From NCBI RefSeq assembly GCF_009914755.1, contig NC_060926.1: a DNA stretch of 64,000 bases; one strand, given 5' to 3'. The notes below the pieces were generated by a model that ran no database searches, was not told the origin of the DNA, and worked only from the letters and a program-made list of their open reading frames with translations. The position numbers were made by a program, and so were the translations under genes. Positions 34,878 to 49,462 of the stretch are shown here, piece after piece; position 1 is the first letter of the stretch, and the number at the start of each line of letters is the position of its first letter. The DNA is from the human T2T-CHM13v2.0 reference genome, Homo sapiens.

Positions 34878-35416
34878 AGCAGTCCCCCTTTATCTGTGAG
34901 CGGCGAGGGATATGTGTTCCAAGACCTACAGTGGATGCCTGAAATCAAAGCTAGTACCGAACATCTATATACACTGCGTTTTTTCCTATACATACATGCC
35001 TATGATAAAGTTTAATTTATATTGGGGACAATATGAGATTAATAACAAAAACTAATAATAAAATAGAACAATTGTAACAATATATCAGCATCACTAGTCT
35101 TGCGCTTTGAGGCCATTAGGTAAAATAAGGGTTATTGAACACAAGCGCTGAGATACAGTTGATCTGATAACCTAGAGGGCTACAAAGTAACGAATAAGAG
35201 GGAAGAATATACAGGGTGAATAAGCTGGACAAAGGGATGATTCACATCCTGGGCAGGTTAGTGTGAGATTTTTATCACACTACTCAGGATGGCGTGCAAT
35301 TTAAAACTTATGCGGTGTTTATTTCTGGAATTTTTCATTAAATATTTTCAAACTGTGGTTGACCACGGGTAACTGAAACCATGGAAAGCAGAACCATGGA
35401 TTGGGGAGGACTACTG
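34878..35416. mobile_element. Tigger7-derived MER44-type DNA element
   Basis: Terminal inverted repeats cagcagtcccc...ggggaggactactg; gttccaagacc..cagtggatgcctgaaa; gttgaccacgggtaactgaaacc. Confidence 0.8.
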
Positions 35417-36015
35417 GAATGGCATTGTTTCACAAGCTAAGCCATTCTGTCACAAGAACACCTTGCAATGAGATTTCCTTACCTGCCTGTGCAATGTCTT
35501 TTTTTTTTTTCACGTCAAATGCTTTCCAGTAGATTTAGAATGTGGACCTACACATATGGAATCACTCAGCATTCTTGAGCATTCCATTTGTAGTTAAAAG
35601 AATTTTGATCCACAACCAGTAATCTTGTTTCAGGAGTGAAGTCCAGGATGTGGAGAAAGCCTGAATGAGAGGCAGGAATCTAGTATCAAGGCAAGGACCA
35701 TGGAATTTAAGGCTAGAAACCTAAGCATATTATTCGCAGGCCCCAAGAATGGTCTTTTAAAGTCAGTAAAAACTGAATAACTCACCAGTTTCGAACCTTA
35801 CTCTTTATTAAAAACAATGGAAACAGAAGATAACACTGGAATTTGCAACATCAACTTCATTGTGAAAAGCAAGTACAAGTAAACAAATAGCATACTATTA
35901 TGAAATAATAGTATGATATAAAGAAAGAACAGATAGGTATGTGTGTAAGGCTACAAAGGAGACCTAGATACCATGTGCCTGCAGTTCTGTTGACTGTCAG
36001 CAGACAGCACTCTCA

Positions 36016-36370
<355 letters not shown>

Positions 36371-36565
36371 GAATTGTACTCTGCTGCTTTTATTTTTTAC
36401 CAAAAGACATACCATCTTTTTACAAAGGATAATGTTACAGGCCTCCTGATTAATGAACTAGCATCACTTATACCTGGTTTAGTTTATCTATTACTGGTTT
36501 ATTTGAAATATAACAACTCATTTAAACTTCAGCCTTATAATTAGTAAGAAATGTGAGCACACTGA

Positions 36566-36997
<432 letters not shown>

Positions 36998-37671
36998 TAG
37001 TTTAATAACCTTGGGGGAAAGTTACTTAAACTCCCTGAACTCAGTTCCCTCAATGATTAAGTGTGGTTAATAATGGTACCTACCTCACTGTCATGGCATT
37101 GTAAGGATTAATCTCTGCCTGCATGGAGCCTGGCACAGAGCAAGCAGTGACATGGTAGCTGTTGCTATGATGATGATGATGATTGCTGTATTTTTATTGA
37201 AAGCCTCCACTACCCTTGATGAAAATAGCCATGAATATAAAAAAAGAAGTACATTATTGAAATGTATAGATTTTGTATAAAGGTGTTTTTTTAATACTGT
37301 TATTTTTCTACATTTTTATTCAGAAGTCTTAAATACACAGAAATGAACCTCCATATAGTTATCACTCAGTTTAAACGATGATCAATATTTTTACCACTTT
37401 TGTATTTTCTACCCCCAGCATTATATGTCTGTAATATTTTAAAGGAAGCCTGGAAATTATGCTATTCTACCTATAAATACTTTAGTGTACATCTCTAATG
37501 TCAGGATTGTTTTTAAAACATAATCATCATGTAAAATTAAAAATAAATTCTTAAAATCATCTAATACCATATTTGAATTTCAATACTGCTTTCAGGAATG
37601 TCATTTTACAGTTAATTTGTTCAAATCAGGATCCAAACAATATCTACATATTGCATTTTTTATCTTTTGTC

Positions 37672-37963
37672 TTTTTTTTTTTTTGAAACAGGATCTTGCT
37701 CTGTCACCCAGTCTGAAGTGCTGTGGCACAACCATGGCTCTATGCAGCCTTGACCTCCTGAACTCAAGCAATTGTCCTACCTCAGCCTTCCCAGTTGCTA
37801 GGACCACAGGTGCATGCCACCACATCTGGCTAATTTACAGTTTTTGTAGAGATGCGGTCTCACTATGTTACCCAGGCTGGTCTTGAACTCCTAGATCAAG
37901 CAATTGTCCCACTTCGACCTCTCAAAGTGTTGGGATTACAGGCGTAAGCCACTGGGCCTGGCC
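37672..37963 (-). mobile_element. AluJ-like element within old L1M sequence
   Basis: Diverged reverse Alu; AT-rich flanks (about 37300-39150) resemble L1MC/ME. Confidence 0.85.
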
Positions 37964-39166
37964 CTTAAGTCTTTTAAATTCTCTTCATTTTCTTCTTATT
38001 TAATGCCATTGATTTGTTAGAGAAATCTGTTAGAGATTTTTGTCCTTCCTGATTTGCCTATTTGATTCCTTGTGGTGTTATTTAACTTCTGCGTCCTCCA
38101 TGTTTCTTGTAATTTGGTTTTAGAGCTAGAAACTTTATTAGATTCTGGTTTAATTGTTTTCTTCAGTCAAAAATACATCACAGGTGGTGCTATATGTCCC
38201 GTTCCATCATAACAGGAGGCACATAGTATCTGGATGTCCCAAATTTAGTGAAGCTAAGACTGATCAGTGGGCTCAGATAGTGTCAGCCTGACCCCTTCAT
38301 TGCAAAGTTCCTCATCAATCCTCCACCTAATGATTTTAGCATCCATTAATGATTGTTTTCTTAGATCATTGCATTAGAGATTCCATGATAGTGATATTTC
38401 TATTTCTATCCCTTCTTCTGCATTTATTAGCTGGAATTCTCCCATAAGGAAAAAATTTTCCCTCATTAAGTATTTTATAATCTTGAAAAAATAATTTATA
38501 TAGAAAACAGAAATACTTGACTTTTCTCCTTTATTAATATTCAGAGTAATAAGTTTGTAAACTAGAAACCTTCAAGTGACCACTTTTGTTTAGAATTACT
38601 GTAAAGTTATAGATTTTACGCATTCCCTGTGTTTCAATCCATTGCAGTCATTATTATTTTTGCTACTCAGATTGCCCAATCTTAAACCAATGAGAGTCCC
38701 TTTCAGGTTGGCTTTCATATCCTTTTGACAGGACTCCAACTGGCTTAAGATGAGCCTAGGACATCTTTCTTGATAACTTCCTTGTTTTCTGGCAAGAAAG
38801 ATATCCCAGGCTCATTTGTTGAGTTCATACTCCAGACCTGGAATCTGGAATCCACCATTTCTCCATGGATGTTTAGCTCTTTCTTTTTAGTGGAAAATGG
38901 TGTTAAGAGACCAAAATTGGAGCAGTAGGGCTGCTCATAGCTATTGAGTTGTCATTGCTTCTAGGTCTTTTTGGTTGACAGAGCTTTTTTTAAACAAATA
39001 AAAACCGTAAGTTTTTATTTCCAAGTCAAATTTAAGATCACATAATTTTTACTTGATTTCTTTGATTTGATATTTATGTCTATTTTCTCTCACGCTGAAA
39101 AGTTTGGTTTCCAATGGCATTAGCATAATTGCTCACTAGTTTTAACCTAAGATATGCCTATAATAA

Positions 39167-39894
<728 letters not shown>

Positions 39895-40455
39895 TGACTA
39901 TACTTTATTTCCCTTCATTTCTTTGCCACCAAATATTGTTCTGCATTTTGCTTTTTTAACTTAACAATATATTTTGGTCATCACTCCATGTCATTATATA
40001 TAGATCTCCTTTCTTTTAACAGCTGCATATTACTCCATTGTGTGGACATATATGAATTATTTTCAATGTTTATAACATAGATTTTACATTATTTCTCATA
40101 TTATCTGTTGAATGCTGTGATAACCAACATATTCTAGAAATGTTATATTTGGCTAAATAAAGATAGAATGCAAAGACTGGAAAAAAATGGCAACTCTTAA
40201 CTAAACATAGTAATTTGAATTCACACCACTTGAGAAAGGAAAAAGAACTCCAAAAATGTGGTAGGTGGAGAAGCTAGCCTGAAATGATCAGTAACCTAAA
40301 ATGTTCACTGCCAATTTAAAAAGTGGCTACCATTTGTCTTAACACAAATTCCCTGAAAACAGAGCCTGAAGGAAAAGGGGTAGGGTTGTAGGGGCAGTTT
40401 GTACAATCCTAGGGAAGTAGAAGTGAGGAGAAGGAGAGAGCAAATATTAGGATTA

Positions 40456-40534
40456 TTGGGTTGGTGCAAGAGTAATTGTGGTTTTTGCCATTGAAAGTAA
40501 TGGCAAAACTGTAATTACTTTTGCATCAACCTTA
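40456..40534. mobile_element. MADE1 (Hsmar1 mariner MITE)
   Basis: 79-bp near-palindrome ttgggttggtgcaagagtaattg...gtaattacttttgcatcaacctta flanked by TA on both sides. Confidence 0.93.
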
Positions 40535-40594
40535 TAAATGGAAGATTTTTTTCCCTTTCTTTTTTTCTTTCTTTCATCTTTCATCTCTCTCTCT

Positions 40595-40597
<3 letters not shown>

Positions 40598-40634
<37 letters not shown>

Positions 40635-40722
40635 AGACAGGGTCTCACTCTTTTGCCCAGGATGGAGTGGATGATGCAATCATAGCTCACTGCAACCTCA
40701 AACTCCCAGGCTCAAGTGACAC
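40598..40722 (-). mobile_element. Truncated Alu (3' part of right arm) with long poly-T
   Basis: About 36 T followed by gagacagggtctcactct...ggctcaagtga, then an abrupt end. Confidence 0.85.
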
Positions 40723-41226
40723 TCCCCAAATGGAGCATGTTTCTGAGCTGATCTCAGCTCCACAACATCTCTGGCTTCCCAGTGGTGGAAGCGTGCTCCA
40801 TGGAACTTCCTGCAGTTCTGGATTGTATCACCTGGCCCTCGCAAGCAGTTGCTAGAGAAGCCTGAGCCTCTCTGGCTCTTGGTCTATTTAGGCTGGTGGG
40901 CAAGCGCAAGGGTTTCTCCTGGTCAGTCAGCTTCATGTGTTGGGGCTTCTTGTCCTCTGATGGGGGGAGGTGGCAGCAACAATGAGTGTGCTTCAAGACC
41001 CCAGAAATGGCCTCTGTTGCTATGATGGCGACCAGGCTGCTAAAGGAGGTACAGCCAAGCCAATCTGGAGTGGTTCAGAAGCTGAGCCTAATGCACAATG
41101 CTAAATGAAATCATCTAAGTCTTTTGTCTTTCAGAAATCTTTCAGAACAAAAGCTATTTCTAACACGCAAGAAAACATCTTAAGAAGTCATCAGATATTT
41201 TTCCTTGGCTTTAAACAAGACTATAA

Positions 41227-41399
41227 AGCCAGTGTGCTTGCACACACCTGTAGTTTCAGCTATTTGGGAGGCAGAGGTGGGAGGATTGCTTGAGCCCAGG
41301 AGTTCTAGACAGGTACGCGGTGCATGCCTGTGAATAGCTTCTGCACTCCAGCCTGAGCAAGAAAGCAAGACCCTGTCTCCGGAAGAAAAAAAAAAAAAA
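41227..41399 (+). mobile_element. FAM (fossil Alu monomer)
   Basis: Single arm retaining the 7SL-like gcctgtgaatagc segment diagnostic of FAM. Confidence 0.8.
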
Positions 41400-41455
41400 G
41401 TAGTTAATTCTAGTATCTAAACATAGCAATTTACACCTTTAATAATCAGGCTATA

Positions 41456-41880
41456 GGCCAATGCTGTGGCTCACGCGTGTATTCCCAGCACTTTGGGAGG
41501 CAGGAGGATCGCTTGAGCTCAGGAATTGGAGACAAGCCTACGTAACATAGTGAAACCTCTGTCTGTACAAATAATAAAAGAATTTTCCAGGCATGGTGGC
41601 GTGCACCCCCAGTGCCAGCTATTTGGGAGGCTGAGGTAGGAGGAATGCTTGAAGCCAGGAGTTGAAGACAAGCCTAGGCAACATAGTGAGACCCTGTGTC
41701 TATAAAAAATAATTAGCTGGTTGTCTTGGCACAGGCCTGCAGCTAGCTACTCGGAAGACTGAGGTGGGAGGATCACTGAGCCCAGGAGGCTGAGGCTGCA
41801 GTGAACAGTGATCACCCAGCTGGATTCCAGCCTGGAAGACAGAGGGAGACCCTGTTTCCAAAAAAAAAAAAAAAAAAAAA
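41456..41880 (+). mobile_element. Three-arm AluJ-like composite
   Basis: Arms at about 41456-41580, 41585-41712 and 41714-41880, joined by A-rich linkers. Confidence 0.8.
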
Positions 41881-42074
41881 TGCAAGAAAAGACATCATAA
41901 ACTTGACCTGGGACATAACTTTTATGTGATGAAATTCACAATCTTTTAGGAAGAAATTAGCATTTCTGATAAAATGTATTATAATTATATTATTATAAAT
42001 TCAAATGGAATTAAATATTCTGAGAAACTAGCTTCTCACTCTCTCAGTTGTCAGTCAAAACTTTAATGGTCTTT

Positions 42075-42447
<373 letters not shown>

Positions 42448-43379
42448 CTAGATTGAATCTTGGAATTGGCTTAAGTCTCTTCTCTTGTGGCAATTTTGAA
42501 ATGAAAAAATACATGCTCATAATTAAATTACCTGAACATTTTAAAAAACCATCATGAGGTTCAAATATCAAATATTCATAAATATTGTTGTGATAATAGA
42601 CATAACTCTTATTTTTTCCCTTAATAATGATTGTTTATATATCCTCCATTCTGTCTCACTTTATGATTAGTATATTATAGTGGCAATAATCTTAGGAATC
42701 TAACAGAGAAAAGTGTTGCATTTGAAGACTACAGACTGCAAACCAATTTAAGCCAGATTCCTTGACATGTTGTGCTGTTAATATAGTACTTTACATATAG
42801 TAAACATTAATTACATATATGTGGAAGGAAGCAAGCAAGAAAGGAAGAAAGTATTTCATTCAAACTCCTCTCTCTCCATCACCATTGGCTAATATCATCA
42901 TTTGTACAGTTAAGAACAACATAGGTGCTCACCACATAGTTTTTGAATAAATGAATGAATGGCAACCCTTCTAAGACTATTGGATACACTATTGTTTGAA
43001 GGCAAAGAGATGCAGTAGATATTTTCAACTTTTTTCCTGTTTTATGATTCTGTGGTTTCTTTGACTACTAAAAGTTAGCTAGGTAGCAAATTTGTTTTAA
43101 AGTCTGAAAACCAAAATGCTTTCAGATAAAAGGTAGGGAGAAAAATACTCCTCAACATGTCCACTTTAGCACCAGGAAAACCTAATATCAATATCACCAT
43201 CAATGATATCATATAAATATCATTGCATAGATAAGCAATGTCAATCCCTAAAAACTATGTATACCAATAGCACTAACTTGTGGCCAGAACAAGAACCTTA
43301 ACTGTGCCAAATTTTATTCTATTCAATAACAGCTGCCTCGTTTTCAGTTGTGCACATCTGAATGCAAGCAATCCCTGTC

Positions 43380-43568
43380 TGATGTGGAGTTTCTTGCACT
43401 GATAAGGAAAAACTGCTGAAGTTGTGAGGCTGCTCCAGGCAGAGCCATCATGTGAGTCATATGAAAGCTCCACGCTGCTGACCTCTGGCAAAAAGGGAGA
43501 GAACAAGGATAGGAGAGGCAGTGGGGGAAAGGTTCAAGTGCGGGTTTTCTCCTTGAACCTACAAGATT
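43380..43568 (+). promoter_or_regulatory. CDK15: CDK15 proximal promoter / 5'UTR (CpG-poor)
   Basis: Unique sequence immediately upstream of the ATG; AP-1 TGAGTCA at 43453-43459; no CpG island. TSS not determinable. Confidence 0.55.
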
Positions 43569-43691
43569 ATGGGTCAAGAGCTGTGTGCAAAGACTGTACA
43601 GCCTGGATGCAGCTGCTACCATTGTTCAGAGGGAGGCGAGGCACACAGCTGTCGGAGGAGTCAGCCTGAGACCACGGAGGCTGCGTTCAAG
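43569..43691 (+). CDS. CDK15: CDK15 coding exon 1 (123 nt)
   Basis: Strong Kozak (A at -3, G at +4); MGQELCAKTVQPGCSCYHCSEGGEAHSCRRSQPETTEAAFK; donor AAG|gtattt, phase 0. Confidence 0.92.
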
Positions 43692-44397
43692 GTATTTGTA
43701 TCCCAGGAGAGAGCATCTTTCTCTATTGATAAACCAAGGAGTTCAGACACTCCCTTTTTGTAGCGGGATCTGATTCTTCTGCGGTAGGTCTAAACCAATA
43801 AAATGAAAATTCTATTAAAGTCACAGAAAATTTATGGCTGTAGTTATCAAATTTGGGGAATTTCTTGTAAACCAAAAGGGAAAAATAATCCTTGGCTTTG
43901 GGCTGCACGAAACTCACTTGGCTTGAAGTCGAGAAAGTAGTTCTCTCAAAATCTCTAAGGTCCTAAATTACAGAGCTGAAACTTAAAAGGCAAGCTGCAG
44001 TATTAGTTGGTATGCTATGGATTTGAAACTTTAGTAATTAGTTCATGATTATTAGCAATGCCATAGATTATTCCCCTACAGCAATAAATTAAGTGGACAT
44101 GAAAAAAAAAAGCCAGACTTAAACAGAAAAAAGTTGCAAAACATCCATCAAAGAGATTTAGGTTAACCTGAATGTTAAAGACACATTTTTAGGTGAAGAA
44201 AGAATGTAGTATTTCAGGAGTTGATACCATTATGGTCTTTTTCAGGGATCTTTCAAGAAAAGTGCCTTTTGGGGGTACAGGAAGCTTAGAAAACATTTGA
44301 AGAGTGAAAATGAGGCAAATAAAGAAAAAATGGTTTTACCAGGCACTGAATCTTTACTTTGCATAAATTTTATTTCTGCTCTTTCTTTTTTCTCTAG

Positions 44398-44547
44398 CTA
44401 ACAGACCTAAAAGAAGCATCATGTTCCATGACTTCATTTCACCCCAGGGGACTTCAAGCTGCCCGTGCCCAGAAGTTCAAGAGTAAAAGGCCACGGAGTA
44501 ACAGTGATTGTTTTCAGGAAGAGGATCTGAGGCAGGGTTTTCAGTGG
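44398..44547 (+). CDS. CDK15: CDK15 exon 2 (150 nt)
   Basis: ttttctctag acceptor; LTDLKEASCSMTSFHPRGLQAARAQKFKSKRPRSNSDCFQEEDLRQGFQW; TGG|gtgagt donor. Confidence 0.95.
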
Positions 44548-44761
44548 GTGAGTGAGCAGCTGATGTTGATCAAGAAGAATTTAATGTGAGCTTGTCTACG
44601 GAGGCCGGCCCTTGCTTCCAGGGCAATTACTGAGCGAGCCTTCCCAAGTCTGCTCTGGCAATGCTGTCTAATTTCCCTGGGGAAAAAAAGTCAACACTAA
44701 AAAAAAGTGTTCTTTCTCTCTTCCCTTTCACCCGCTCCTTTTCCCCATTCCCCTAGAGCAG

Positions 44762-44856
44762 AGGAAGAGCCTCCCTTTTGGGGCAGCCTCATCTTACTTG
44801 AACTTGGAGAAGCTGGGTGAAGGCTCTTATGCGACAGTTTACAAGGGGATTAGCAG
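44762..44856 (+). CDS. CDK15: CDK15 exon 3 (95 nt), kinase Gly-rich loop
   Basis: cag acceptor; RKSLPFGAASSYLNLEKLGEGSYATVYKGIS(R); CAG|gtgagt donor. Confidence 0.96.
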
Positions 44857-45584
44857 GTGAGTGACACATAGCTGGGAGAGACTTTAGAGATGAGAGTCCC
44901 GCCCCCCCAATTTCATATTATAAAGCCAGGTGAGACATCATAGAAGTTCATAGCACTCAGGACCTGTGCAAGACACCATGGCCGACAGGGAGAGAGACAT
45001 GATAACTTAAACAGCCTTGAAAGAAAAACAAACCTGCCCTGCCCTAATTAAAATCAGCCCACTTAAATGTTTATCAGCCTTTCCCTTCTTGCATTCAATT
45101 CAGAGAATTCAAAGAAAATAGACATTCTCTACTACTGACCCAAAGAACAATTATCACTCTTCAGGCCTGTGGGAGGCACAGTTGGTAAAGCGTCTCTAAC
45201 AGGTTTTTTATATCCCTCCCTAAATCACAATGACAGAGTTTTGTAATGGCAACCTGGAATTTGCTGCTTCATTCCTCCACCTGGCCTTTATAGAAGAAAC
45301 TGAAGTTGGTTTCTGCAAATTATGGTACATGCAAAAGATGATAAATCCTAGATTTTTTATATTTGCAAAATACACAAAATGTCTGGAGAATAAAAATACT
45401 GCTTATCCAAAAGCTAAGTACTAATTTTGGTAAACAACCAACTTTGTTAAATATATGTAAAAGATCCATGAATTCCCCTTTTAGTCAAGGTGGGAAAGTT
45501 GGATGGTCGCTTTTTTCTTTATGTTACTCCAATAGAGAGAAAAGTAATGGCTCAATAGTGGTTAAATATTAATTTTAAAAATAT

Positions 45585-45700
45585 AGCTGATCCGAGTGCA
45601 GTGGTGTTTACAACTACTTGATCACAACCAGTTACAGATTTCTTTGTTCCTTCTCCACTCCCACTGCTTCACTTAACTGGCCAAAAACGAAAAAAGAAAA
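45585..45700 (+). pseudogene. RNY3: Y3 RNA retropseudogene
   Basis: agctgatccgagtgcagtggtgtttacaact...gttacagatttctttgttccttctccactcccactgcttcacttaactggcc (45585-45682) is a near-full-length hY3 with about 5 substitutions, followed by an A-rich tail. Confidence 0.93.
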
Positions 45701-45805
45701 ATTTTATATAACTACTACAAGACTAAATATTTATTATTTATCTTAGTATTTATGCTGTTATTATTATTTTTACTTGTTAAAACAGGATTGTAGGGGACAT
45801 ACAGT

Positions 45806-45940
45806 TTTATTTTATTTTATTATTTATATATTTATTTATTTATTTTGGAATGGAATCTCTGTCACCCACGCTGGAGTGCAGTGGTGCGATCTCAGATGAC
45901 TGCAACCTCTGCCTCCTGAGTTCAAGCAACTCTCCTGCCC
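45806..45940 (-). mobile_element. Truncated Alu (right-arm 3' part)
   Basis: (TTTA)n tail plus ctgtcaccc..ggagtgcagtgg..ctcctgcc. Confidence 0.85.
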
Positions 45941-46829
45941 CTGGCCCTTTATACTTTCTTAATCTGTTTTAGTCATGGTGTACCTTAACTTTTTTCAATG
46001 CTGAGAACATCTGCAATAAAGGACCACATTTTATTTTATTCTAAGCTTCCTCATATCAATTTGGCCATGGTAACTGTTTTCAAGGTGGCTCGGAACGGGG
46101 GCACCCTGGAACATACTTGGATACATGGGCACCATGGACACTTCTGATCCTCTCTTCTGAGTTCTGACTTTGATTGTTCTGCACAGACCTTTCCAGCCCG
46201 AAGTTTACACAGAATTCACTTATCTTTTCTTCTAGTTACTTTATGTTTTCTTTTTCATTTAACTCTTTCATCTACTGGGAATTTATATTGTATATTCACA
46301 ATCACCCCAGCTCCATTTATTAGATTTTCTTTTCTCTGATGGTTTGAAATGCTGCCATGATTATATATTAGATCTCACGAATACTTGAAATTCTTTCTGT
46401 TCTAATCTTTTAAAAATCATGTTTCCTTAATCTATCTTTTCTTATATTTGTGCTGCATGATTTTAATTATTGTTGCTTTAGGCTATTTTTAGAATATATC
46501 AAAACTCTACGTTAGAGAATTATTGACATCTTTGCATTATTAGATTTTCTAATACAAATATCCTGTAAATATCTAATACAACAGTCTCTGGATGGTCACT
46601 GTACAAGACCCTGTAGAATCCCTACCCTCCATTCCCCGGCACACACTCAGCTCCTCCCTGTCCTCATCTCCTTCCCCTCTCCTGCTTCAATGACAGACTG
46701 CTCCTGCCTCAGTCAAGGACTTTTAACTTGCTGTTCCCTCTGCCTGGAGCTGCCTTCCACTGTTCATGCACACAGCTGACTCCCCCTCGCCATCAGATTC
46801 CTGGTTCAAGTGTTACCTTATTTATAAAA

Positions 46830-46965
46830 CTGTAGTCCCAGCTAGTCAGGAGGCTGAGGCAGGAGAATCACTTGAACTTTGGAGGCAGAGGTTGCAGTGA
46901 GCTGAGATCGGCACCACCGCACTCCAGCCTGGGTGAGAGTGACACTGTCTCAAAAAAAAAAAAAA
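46830..46965 (+). mobile_element. 5'-truncated Alu (right arm)
   Basis: ctgtagtcccagcta...gtctc followed by an A tail. Confidence 0.88.
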
Positions 46966-47715
46966 GCATTTTCTCTTATAAACATATTTGCCAAAAAACT
47001 TTTTGCAGGGTTTGGGGGAGAATTTCACAGAACCATGTTCTGAGGAAAATACTTACCTCATAAAACTCTAAAACAAAATTTCAAAGACATGATAAGGCAA
47101 ACAAAAGAAACTGGGGAAAAGTATATGCAAAATAGTTCAATAAAAAGGTGGGCAAATCGGCAAATCACAAGAAAAACAGAAAAGATCCATAAACTTATGA
47201 AAAGTCAGTTTCACATATGGTTAAAGAAATATAAATTAAAATGCGATAAACCTTTTTACTTTTCAAATAGGCCAAAAAAAAAAAGAAGATGAAAGCGAAA
47301 AGCCAACCCACATGATAGGGCTATGACAGAGGGACACAGGAGCCAACTGAAAGAGCTTCCAAAGGACAAAGCTGCAAAAATATGAGCAACCAAAAAAAGT
47401 GGTATTAAATTATAACCCAAAGTATAAAATAAATATCTATGAGTCCGTACTGATATAAATAAATGATTCAATACATTAACAAATGGGAGAGAAGAAACAA
47501 ATCTCTCATGCCAAATAAATACAAATAATTTATGTAGATAATATACCTTCAAAGAGGTACAGCATAACTCTCCACTCCTTAAGTGTGGGTCATTCATAGT
47601 GGCATTTCTCTAAAAGTACAGTATGAAAAAGGGGGAGAAAGAGTAACTTTAGAGTAGAGAAACCTGACCAACACTATCTCAGACAGGTGACTAAGGTCAA
47701 CATCAAAAGTCATAA

Positions 47716-48348
<633 letters not shown>

Positions 48349-48789
48349 TGATGAAATGTTAAATCTTTATTAAATATCGGATTGTACAAGAATGAACTAT
48401 AAGAGAAAAGTTACATGGAGGAAAAAAGGTTACTAACAATATGATTTTAATCCCACTGTATTAAAAACAATGGATTTATACCTGCATTAAAATCTTCTCT
48501 ATTCTCAGCACTTAGCTGATATGAATAAAATGATGAATGAGGGGACAGTAGGAGGAAATGAAGAGAGAGAGAATAATGGTGTGGCCTGGGAAGATCAGGT
48601 AGCACTTAGAAGCCCGCTGCAAGAATTTGGCTTTTATTCTAAGTAATGCGTGGAGATATGGTGGCTTTTGAACAGAAAAGTGACTTGTCCTGATTGTCAT
48701 TTGAAAAGTATGCCTCCAACTACTCTGCTGAGAGTAAATAGTAGGAGTGCAAGTGTCTCAGCAGGGAAACTGTTAGAAGACCACTACAA

Positions 48790-49216
<427 letters not shown>

Positions 49217-49382
49217 TTATATATGTATTGATACATGTTAAACTTTTTATTTTGAGAAAATTATAGATTTATATGCTAGAATATATTTTGAAGTGAAAGT
49301 GCTTTTGTTAAGCCATCTTTGGTATAAATTGCTGCTTTGAACCACCTCAATAAGTGTGTGCCCCTCAATCCCTCTCTTCTAG

Positions 49383-49462
49383 AATAAATGGACAACTAGT
49401 GGCTTTAAAAGTCATCAGCATGAATGCAGAGGAAGGAGTCCCATTTACAGCTATCCGAGAAG
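49383..49462 (+). CDS. CDK15: CDK15 exon 4 (80 nt), catalytic Lys and PFTAIRE helix
   Basis: ctcttctag acceptor; INGQLVALKVISMNAEEGVPFTAIRE; AAG|gtaaga donor. Confidence 0.97.

Noticed and set aside
44816-44835. GEGSYA instead of the CDK1/2 GEGTYG loop
   Set aside because: Normal for the PFTAIRE (CDK14/15) subfamily; not novel.
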